Source: a virus (taxonomy: Duplodnaviria; Caudoviricetes). From it: a stretch of 64,000 bases of DNA. The position numbers were made by a program, and so were the translations under genes. Below are positions 42,960 through 52,500 of this stretch, in pieces. Each line of letters begins with the position of its first letter. Within the stretch, counting starts at the first letter, position 1. The notes beneath the pieces are model-generated. The model saw only the letters and a list, made by a program, of their open reading frames with translations. It searched no databases and had not been told where the DNA came from. Location of the stretch: positions 64,001 to 128,000 of IMG/VR virus record IMGVR_UViG_3300021592_000001, one strand, 5' to 3'.

Positions 42960-45869
42960 ATGAATACATTCACCAAGCTCCGTAATATGCTTCTTAGCGA
43001 AATTGATACGTTGAAGGGGGTTAGAGATGTTTCCGGCCGAAATCCTACCGACGTATTGTTGTCTATTAAGTTTGATGACGGTCATATTCATACTATCTTC
43101 CCGAAAGAAGATGTAGCTAGACAACTAGTGGAGTCTGCAGCTTCTGGTATAGACTACTCGCTTTCTGGGGCTGGAAGCCGTGATGACTTTAGAAGTAAAA
43201 TACCTAACAGAATAATATTCCATAACAGACAGGCGATCGGCGATATTTTGATGATGACATGCGCAATAAGAGATTTCAAAAAAGCTTTCCCTGACGTCCG
43301 TGTTAAAGTTATGACTACTGCGATGCATATTTGGGACAATAATCCTTATTTAGATTGGACTCCGTGGGATAGGGAAGATATTATAGATTTCCATGATGCG
43401 TCACGGAATCAGGAAGCAATTGAGAAAGCAATAAAGGAAGATAAGGCAGCTGTCATCTACATAGGTCCTTCACGAGGTACTAATGAATCGAATAGAAGGG
43501 ATCGCCATTTCGCCAATGCTTATAGATTATCTATTCAAGATAATCTTGGCATACATTTTGATCAGGGACCGATAAGACCTGATATTTGGCTGACCGAGGA
43601 AGAATATAACGCTCCTCCGTTAATAGAAGGTCATTACTGGATAATAGTAGCTGGAGAGAAAGGAGATTGGACTGCTAAAACATATCCATTTAATCGTTGG
43701 CAGACCGTAGTGGATGCCCTACCAGAGCTGACATTCGTTCAGATAGGTTCGAAGGCTCATAAGCATCCCTCCCTCAAAGGGAAAAATGTTATAAATATGG
43801 TAGGACAAACTGAAGGAAGAACTGACGGCATCAGAAAATTGTTTAACTTGTTCCTTAATGCCGACGGTTCTGCTGGTCTTGTATCTTTCCAGATGCATTT
43901 AGCTGGAGCTTTCAACAAGCCATGTGTGGTCGTTGCTGGAGCGAGAGAACCTGTATGGTTCACTCGCTATCCTGGACAGAGATACTTATCGACTGACGGT
44001 TGTTTACCTTGTACTGTAGATTCTAACGGAATGCCTACTGCTTGTTGGTATTGTTCTTTGGAAAGATGTCCTCATTTAGTCGAGGAGCCGAATTCCTCTA
44101 TAAAGGCTCCTGCGTGTGTATCTATGATAACACCAGAACATATAGTAGACGCTATTAAAAGCTATTATAGAGGAGGGAGATTGTCTTTAACTGAGAATAA
44201 GAAGCAGGTATTCAGAAATATAGCAAAGGAGAAGCATGACTGCAGCACCTTGTTCGAGCCTATAGTCTCTGGTAAGAGTATAAGTGAGCTGCCTAGGAAA
44301 TACGGAATGGAGTTCGGTGGAGGTTCTATTACCGACAAGGACTGGGAATTTATGCTACGGACGGTGAAGAAACATAATGTTAAAAGAGTTCTTGAATTTG
44401 GAGCAGGGCTTTCTACTTTACTAATGCTTGACGAAGGTCTAAATGTTACTACTTATGAAACGCAGGAAGCATGGATCAATAAAATAAAAGCTTTCAATCC
44501 TAAAGCTGACGTGAGGCTTTGGGATGGTAAGAATTTTCCAGATCCCATTAGCAAATATGATATGGTGTTCGTTGACGGTCCTGCTGGTGGAATTAATAGA
44601 GAAGTGTCTACTAAGATTGCCTCGGAATCTTCGGACATCGTCATAATACATGATGCTGGAAGAGAGTATGAACGGAAGTGGCAAGAGAAGTATATTAAGC
44701 CTACATTTAGAACACTTATTAAAGGAGGACATCGTTGTCATTTGTGGTTAAGAGATGCTATGCCTTCTGTAGTCGCCCCAGTAATAAAGAACACAAAAGG
44801 GTCTGTAAGAATATTGTTCAATGGTAGAGGGGATGGTGGTGCTGAAAGGTCTGTTACATGGATAGCAAATACTTTAGCCTCTGCAGGCTATGCCGTGACT
44901 TATCATTCTCCTACCGAAAAACCATGTGCTACGTTTCAATGGCATGGAAGCAAGTCCGTTAAATTCGAGCCTCTCGATAAAATATTTGATCCTTGTGATA
45001 TTTTATTGTTCTATGTCAATGACTGGTGTTGGGAATTGGACAGTTCGAATCTCAGGAACTTTTTCAGTAAACCTCTCTCGGCTAAGAGAAAGGTAATGTG
45101 TTTAAATTATCATTTAGGGGGTGCTGGTAAGGCCGAATGGACAAGGAACTGGGACTTGTATTTATTTTTGAATTCTAAATTAGAGTCTGAGTTGCTTGCG
45201 AGGAATCCTGGAGTCAGAACAAAAGTTCTTGCTCCTCCTATCGCCAATCTTAGCGAGTTCTTCAAAATAAGGCCATCCTACAGCGGTAAGTTGAATATAG
45301 TAAGGCATAGTTCACAAGGAGATGCCAAGTATCCAAGGAAAAGCTTTAATCAAATGGTTAGTGCTATTTTAGCTAATCGGGAAGATGCTACCATATCATT
45401 GATGCCTGCTCCTTCGTTTCTTAAAATAAAGAATTCTCGATTGTTTGTGCATAAGCGAAATGAACCACCAGTTCCTGAATTTTTATCTAAAGGGAACTTG
45501 TTCTGGTATGTTTTGCCCGGGATCCCTTGGGATAAGGAGGAGGCTTCTTCTTCAAATCTTAAGCAATATACGGAAGGTGGTCCAAAAGTTATTATGGAGG
45601 CTATGGCTAGCGGTATTCCTCCGATAGCTCAAAATCACTCTGGAATGAAGGACAGGATAACTGACGAGACAGGGTGGCGTTGTGATCATTTTGAACAAAT
45701 GTTGGAAGTGATCACCAATGTTACCTCACAGCTTTTAAGACAAAAAGGTGAGGCTGCTAGGGAGCGAGCGAGGAGCGAGTTTGTAGCAGAAAGATGGATA
45801 GAGATGATTCTGGATAACAAAGAATGGAATAAGCCATCAGGATGCAGACCGTGTCAGTCAAGGAGATAG
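42960..45869 (+). CDS. Tri-domain fusion: GT9-like glycosyltransferase + class I SAM methyltransferase + GT4-like glycosyltransferase
   Basis: AIGDILMMTCAIRDFKKAFPD, KTYP..W, MHLAGAFNKPCVVV (GT9); VLEFGAGLST, VFVDGP (MTase); GGAERS, EGGPKVIMEAMASGIP (GT4). Confidence 0.85.
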   Translation: MNTFTKLRNMLLSEIDTLKGVRDVSGRNPTDVLLSIKFDDGHIHTIFPKEDVARQLVESAASGIDYSLSGAGSRDDFRSKIPNRIIFHNRQAIGDILMMTCAIRDFKKAFPDVRVKVMTTAMHIWDNNPYLDWTPWDREDIIDFHDASRNQEAIEKAIKEDKAAVIYIGPSRGTNESNRRDRHFANAYRLSIQDNLGIHFDQGPIRPDIWLTEEEYNAPPLIEGHYWIIVAGEKGDWTAKTYPFNRWQTVVDALPELTFVQIGSKAHKHPSLKGKNVINMVGQTEGRTDGIRKLFNLFLNADGSAGLVSFQMHLAGAFNKPCVVVAGAREPVWFTRYPGQRYLSTDGCLPCTVDSNGMPTACWYCSLERCPHLVEEPNSSIKAPACVSMITPEHIVDAIKSYYRGGRLSLTENKKQVFRNIAKEKHDCSTLFEPIVSGKSISELPRKYGMEFGGGSITDKDWEFMLRTVKKHNVKRVLEFGAGLSTLLMLDEGLNVTTYETQEAWINKIKAFNPKADVRLWDGKNFPDPISKYDMVFVDGPAGGINREVSTKIASESSDIVIIHDAGREYERKWQEKYIKPTFRTLIKGGHRCHLWLRDAMPSVVAPVIKNTKGSVRILFNGRGDGGAERSVTWIANTLASAGYAVTYHSPTEKPCATFQWHGSKSVKFEPLDKIFDPCDILLFYVNDWCWELDSSNLRNFFSKPLSAKRKVMCLNYHLGGAGKAEWTRNWDLYLFLNSKLESELLARNPGVRTKVLAPPIANLSEFFKIRPSYSGKLNIVRHSSQGDAKYPRKSFNQMVSAILANREDATISLMPAPSFLKIKNSRLFVHKRNEPPVPEFLSKGNLFWYVLPGIPWDKEEASSSNLKQYTEGGPKVIMEAMASGIPPIAQNHSGMKDRITDETGWRCDHFEQMLEVITNVTSQLLRQKGEAARERARSEFVAERWIEMILDNKEWNKPSGCRPCQSRR

Positions 45870-45873
45870 CTTT

Positions 45874-46497
45874 ATGAATTATGCCAAGATATTAAGAGAA
45901 TTTAGCTCAATACAAAGTTCATATTCTCTACATAATTATGGAAAAGTATTTTATACTACTGTCCGTGCTCATAGACCTACTTTAGCTGTAGAACTGGGAG
46001 TTCTCAATGGATATAGTGCTTTACATATAGCTTTGTCTATGAAGCACAATCTTTATCTTTATGGATACGGGGGAACTATTCATTGTTATGATCTATGGGA
46101 CAAGTATCCTTACAAGCACGGGAGCAAGTCAGAAGTTCAGGCTATTATCGATCGTTACGATCTTCAAGATTTTATGAAGTTGTATGAAGCTGACGCTTAT
46201 GAAGTTTATAAGGATTACGATAACAACTCCGTTCATCTGTTGCATGTAGACATAAGTAACGACGGAAATACTGTAGAACGAATGATGGATTTATGGCACA
46301 ACAAAATTGTGATGAATGGTATGATTATGTTTGAGGGAGGTTCTGAGGAGAGAGACAAAATAGAATGGATGGTAAAGTATAATAAAAAACCGATTGCTCC
46401 AGTTGTTAGATCTCATCCTGTGATTAGGAGATGCTATCTTTGGGGCATTTATAGGAAATTTCCCTCTTTAACTGTTCTAGTTAAGAAAAGAGAATAG
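45874..46497 (+). CDS. Class I SAM-dependent methyltransferase (Methyltransf_24-like)
   Basis: VELGVLNGYS, CYDLW, LLHVD. Confidence 0.8.
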   Translation: MNYAKILREFSSIQSSYSLHNYGKVFYTTVRAHRPTLAVELGVLNGYSALHIALSMKHNLYLYGYGGTIHCYDLWDKYPYKHGSKSEVQAIIDRYDLQDFMKLYEADAYEVYKDYDNNSVHLLHVDISNDGNTVERMMDLWHNKIVMNGMIMFEGGSEERDKIEWMVKYNKKPIAPVVRSHPVIRRCYLWGIYRKFPSLTVLVKKRE

Positions 46498-46514
46498 TTT
46501 CTCTGGAGAATATA

Positions 46515-49500
46515 ATGAGTGAAGATCACTATATACAAATAGAAATAGATTTAGTAACGGGTACAGGAACAAGATACGTCCGCCTTAAAGAAGGTGAAAG
46601 AAAGATATTTGAGTTCAATGTGACGGAATCCGGAGAAGCAGCTGATTTAATAGGATGCGACTTTACTTATATAATAGAAGACAAAGACGGCGTCGAGTGG
46701 GTAAGGGTGGAGGACTCTGATTTTGATAAATTAGAAGCTGATAAAGGTATAGTTCGTGCCTTAGTCCCACTCGACATTCCTGAAGGGAACTATGAGTCTG
46801 AGCTCGAAATTTATTTTCCTGACGGAGAAATTGACAAGTCTCAGGTAATAAGAATAGTTTTGGAAGAATCTGTTACTGGGCATAGTTCTAGTAGTTCTTC
46901 TTCGAGCAGTTCAAGTTCTTCTAGCTCCAGTTCAAGTTCCTCTAGCTCTTTAAGTTCAAGTTCCAGTTCGTCTAGCAGTAGCAGTTCAAGTTCAAGCTTC
47001 TCCAGTTCAAGTTCTAGCTCTAGCTCTAGTTCAAGTTCTTCATCAAGAAGCTCTAGCTCTTCAAGTTCCAGTAGTTCTTGGAGCTCCAGCTCCTCAAGTT
47101 CTAGCTCTTCATCATCAAGAAGTTCAAGTTCTTCTAGTAGCAGTAGTTCTAGTTCGTCCAGCTCCAGTTCGAGTTCCTCTAGTAGTAGTAGCTCTAGTTC
47201 GAGCAGGAGTTCTAGTTCTAGCTCAAGTTCTTGGAGTTCCAGCTCTTCAAGTTCCAGTTCTTCGTCGAGAAGCTCTAGTTCGAGCAGTAGGAGCAGCTCT
47301 AGTAGTTCCAGTAGTTCACGAAGTTCCAGTTCCAGTTCTCTTAGCTCTTCTTCAAGTTCTAGGAGCAGTAGCTCCAGTTCGAGTAGAAGTTCCAGTTCCA
47401 GCAGTTCCAGCTATAGCAGTAGTAGCTCAAGTTCCAGCTCTTCAAGTAGCTCACTTAGTTCCAGCTCTTCAAGTAGTTCGAGTTCTTATAGTTCTAGCTC
47501 TAGCAGTTCCAGTTTAAGCTCTAGTTCAAGTTCTAGCTCATCAAGTGTAAGCTCTTCAAGCAGTTCAGTCAGCTCTAGCTCCTCGAGTAGTCTCAGTAGT
47601 TCGTCCTCTAGCTCGCTAAGTTCCAGTAGTTCTAGTTCAGTTAGTTCCAGTTCTTCCAGCAGTTCTCTCAGCAGTTCCAGCAGTTCAAGTTCTTCGTTTA
47701 GTTCTAGCTCTTCTAGTAGTTCCTCAAGTTACAGCTCGTCTTCTACTTCCAGCAGTTCCAGCAGTTCCAGCTTGTCTATAAGTTCCAGCAGTTCCAGCTC
47801 TAGTTCGTCGAGCAGTTCTAGCAGTTCGCTCAGCTCCAGTTCTAGCTCTTATAGTTCCAGTTCAAGCTCGTCTTATGTTTGCGGTTCGGATTGCACACTT
47901 TATGCAGGCAATGAGGAACGAAAATACCAATGCTCTGCGTCATCTGAATATAGTTGGAGGTATTCTGCCCAGGAAGCCTTCAACGGTATATATACGGATT
48001 GCTGGATTAGTGCTGAGGATAATGGACCTAATCCAGACGGATCCTGCTATCTCCAGTTTGACTTCTTAGAAAAGAAGAAGATATGTTCTTTCAGAATGGC
48101 TCGTAGGGATCCAGCTACCTGCGAGAATTTTCCCAAGAATGTTTCTATATATGGAAGCGATTCTGGGCTTTTTACTGGGGAACAAGCATATCTCGGATCA
48201 TTTCAGAACGACAATGTAAGTCCAGGTCAATGGGCTCAATGGCATTTCATTCCAGTTCCGCTATGGTTCAGATATTTTAGAATTGAAATTCATTCTATGT
48301 GGACAAGCGGATTCAGCGAGCCCTGGGTTGCTGTAAAAGAAGTCGAATTTTGTGAGTCTGTAGAAAGTAGCAGTAGCTCTTCAAGTTCAAGTTCTAGCTT
48401 CAGTAGCTCAAGTTCTAGTAGCTCTCTTAGTTTCAGCAGTTCCTCCAGCAGTCGTTCCAGCAGTTCCAGCAGTTCCATCTCTTCAAGTTCTTCCAGCTCC
48501 AGTAGCTCTCTCAGTTCTAGCTCTAGTAGTTCCTTGAGTTCTTCAAGCTCTAGTTCTAGCGTCTCATCGAGTTCTAGCTCAAGCTCTTCTATAAGTTCGT
48601 CAAGCTCAAGTTCTAGCAGTTCCAGTTCATTTAGCTTAAGTAGCTCAAGCTCTTCCAGTTCGTCTAGTAAGAGCAGTTCTAGCACTTCCAGTTCATCGAG
48701 TTTAAGCAGTTCAAGTTCAAGCAGTTCGTCAAGCTCGTCTAGCAGTTCCAGTTCTAGTTCTTCTAGCTCGAGTTCTTCAAGTTCATTCAGCTCTAGTTCT
48801 TCCAGCTCGTCTAGCTTTTCAAGCTCCAGTTCGTCTAGCTCTTCTACCGCTGGACTTGAGGGAGCATGGTATGAAGGAAGTCCTTTAAGAAAACATGAGT
48901 GCTCTGCTTCATCAGAGTATAGTTGGAGATACGTTGCCGAAGAAGCATTTAATGGAGGAGAAAGCGAAACAGGAGGAGACTGCTGGATTAGTGCTGAAGA
49001 TAACGGACCTAGCCCAGACGGTTCTTGCTTTATCCAGTTCGACTTCGACGTTGATAGGAAGATAATGTTCCTGCAGATGGCTCGTAGGGATCCTGCGAAT
49101 TCTGAGAACTTCCCTAAGGATATAAAAGTATATGGCAGTAAGACTGGAGAATTTGAGGGAGAGGAAGACTTCCTAGGTGCCTTCCAAAACGACGATGTTG
49201 CTCCAGGGGAATGGGCGAAGTGGCATGATATAAGCAGTCCATTCTTCTATAGCAGTTTACGTATAGAGATACATTCTATGTGGACGAGCGGTATAGAGGC
49301 TAACTGGGTCGCTGTAAAGGAGATCAGATTCATATTGGATTTAGAAAGCTCGTCCAGTTCTTCAAGTTCCAGCTCTTCCAGCTCGTCTAGCAGTTCCAGT
49401 TCTAGTTCTTCTAGCTCAAGTTCATCTAGTTCCAGTTCCTCGCTGTCTTCCAGCTCATCTAGTAGTTCCAGTTCAAGTTCTTCTAGTTCATCTAGTTCCT

Positions 49501-52500
49501 CAAGTTCAAGTTCAAGTTTCTCCTCAAGTTCAAGCTCATCTAGCTCCAGTTCTTCGCTCTCTTCTAGTTCCTCCAGTAGCTCGTCCAGTTCCTCAAGCTC
49601 AAGTTCAAGTCTTTCTTCAAGTTCAAGTTCCTCTAGCTCCAGTTCTTCACTCTCTTCTAGTTCCTCTAGCTCATCGTATTCGAGTTCTAGCAGTTCGAGT
49701 ATTTCCAGCTCTTCAAGTTCCAGCAGTTCTAGCCTTAGCAGTTCTAGTAGTTCATCTCTAAGCTCGTCAAGCAGTTCCAGTTCATCTTCTAATAGTTCAA
49801 GCAGCTCAAGTTCTAAATCCTCTAGTTCCAGCTCAAGTTCGAGTTCTTCGTTAAGTTCTAGTTCAAGTTCTAGTTCTTCAAGCGTAAGTTCAAGTTCGAG
49901 TTCTTCGCTAAGTTCTAGTTCAAGTTCTAGTTCCTTGAGTTCAAGCTCTAGTAGCTCTAGTTTAAGTTCCAGTTCCAGTTCTAGCCTTTCTTCCAGTTCG
50001 AGTTCGAGTAGTTCTTCAAGTTTAAGCAGTAGCTCCTCCAGCAGTAATAGCAGCTCCTCCAGCAGTTACAGCAGTTCCAGCTCTTCCAGTAATAGCAGTT
50101 CTTCAAGTTCAAGTTCGAGCTTTTCTTTCAGTTCAAGTTCAAGTAGCTCTTCAAGTTCAATAAGCTCTAGTTCGAGCAGTTCAAGTAGTTCTTTAAGTTC
50201 GAGTTCCAGTAGTTCCAGCTCTTCAAGCTCTAGCAGTTCCAGTTCCTCATTAAGCTCCTCCAGCAGCTCCAGTTCATCTTCCAGAAGTTCCAGTTCTTCG
50301 ATGACCGTATGTGGCGACGATATTAATGCAGTTCTTCTTATCCACTCAGATGATCCAGACGGCTCTACCGATTTTGAGGATAGTGGTAACGGTGAAGGTT
50401 GTCCTCATCCAATCACTGCTCATGGTAATGTTCATCACGAAACTGCGTATAAAAAATTCGGAGTATCGTCAATTCAGTTTGACGGTGACGGGGACTTCTT
50501 GACTTGTCCAGATTCATCTGCCTGGAATTTTGGTAGCGGACCGTTTACTTTTGATATTCAAGCTATGTTCCAGTCTTATTCTGTAGGTAGCGTCTACACT
50601 TTCTTCAGTCAAGGGACTAATGATAACAATAGGTGGGTTTGGGAGATCGATGCCAGTGAAAATAAGATGAAGTTTATTGCAGTTATAGACGGGAACGTAT
50701 ATACAGTTACAAGTCAAGAATGGTCTCCTTCCCTTAATGTGTTCTATCATTTGGCCTTAGTGAGAAGCGGTAATACGATCTACTTCTTCGTTGACGGTCA
50801 GAGCAAAGGAACTGGTTTCTTTAATCAAACTCTGCCTGACTTGACAGGCTTGCTTGTTATCGGTGCTAGATATTCGTTTGGTACTGGTCAGTATATGAAC
50901 TTCTTTAATGGTTGTATGGATGAAATCAGAGTATCCGATGTAGCTAGATGGACATCTGATTTTGATCCTCCGATTAATCCTTATCAGTCATGTAGCTCTA
51001 GTTCCAGTTCTTCAAGTTCTAGAAGTTCCAGTTCCAGTAGTCTAAGTCTTTCCTCCAGCTCCAGTAGCTCTTCGTTCTCGTCAAGTAGCTCGTCGTCATT
51101 TAGCTCTTCGAGTAGCTCTAGTTTAAGCAGTTCGTCCCTTTCTTCCAGCAGTTCGTCTTCCTTAAGTTCGTCCAGTAGCTCCAGTTCTAGTTCTAGCAAT
51201 TCTTCCAGCAGCTCCTCTAGTTTAAGTTCTAGCTCTAGTTCCAGCTCCAGTTCTTCCAGTAATAGCTCAAGCTCTAGTTCAAGCCACTCTAGTAGCTCAT
51301 CTAGTTCAAGTTCAAGTTCAAGTTCTTATTCCAGCTCAAGCTCTAGTTCAAGCTCTAGTAGTTACGCTTCTTCTGCAACTAAGACCTATGAGTTTGATGT
51401 CCCATCGGAATATACCTATGATAGTGATAAGATTGAAGTAGTGGACGACGTAGCTAAATTAAAGTCTACTTCCGATTACGATAGTTTGGCTGGTTACTGG
51501 AAGTTTGAAGATAATGCTGATGATAGTTCTGACAATAACAATGACGGAACTGTGTATGGAGGAAGCTATATAGACGGTAAGGTAGATAGATGTCTATATC
51601 TTGACGGGGTCGATGACTATGTAGATTGTGGTAATGGTTCTAGTCTTGACATTACTGGAAACTTAACTATAACTGCTTGGATTAAGCCGTCTACTGCACA
51701 ATCTAATTACCCCCCAATAGTACAGAAAGGAGCATTTCAGGTTGCTTCAGATTCTGCATACGCATTGCGTCTCGAGGCTAATCACTATCTCAATGGTATA
51801 GTAGCTATTGGAGGAACATTCTACGGAGCTAACTCTGGCTCTTCGCTGGCAGATGACACATGGCATTTTGTTGCGATGGTTTATGACGGCAGTTCTCTTA
51901 AGCTATATGTAGACGATACAGAAGTCGCAAATACAAGTGTTTCTGGTAGTATAAATAGTGTTACAAATAGTCTTATGATCGGTAAAAAAGAGTCTGGGGG
52001 AGGCAATGAGTATTATTTCAAAGGCTCGATTGATGAAGTAGCTATTTATAGCAGAGCTCTTTCTGCTAGCGAGTTGTCAGATTTGTATAATAGTGGGGCT
52101 GGTCGCCATTTAATAAAATATCCTAATGATAAGCCTACGGTCTGCCCGGTAAATTCCTGGGTCGTAAGCGGTTTCGAAGCATTCACATCGTTTACGGAAA
52201 CTCTCGGTACAGGGAATCAGGGCAATATAAGATATCAGTTGTCCGATGATGATGGAGCGACTTGGAAATACTGGAATGGAAATGACTGGGTAACTACTAC
52301 CGATCAGTATAACGATGCTGCCACGGTAAATGCTAATATCTCCAGCTTCCCGATAGATAACGAGAAAATACTGTTCAAGGCGTTCCTTGTAAGTGACGGT
52401 CAGCAACAATGTGAACTGGATAAAGTGATAATAAGTGTAGGGTCTTTAAGCTCTAGTTCCAGTTCTTCGAGCTCTGCGTCTGTCAGCTCTTCAAGTTCAA

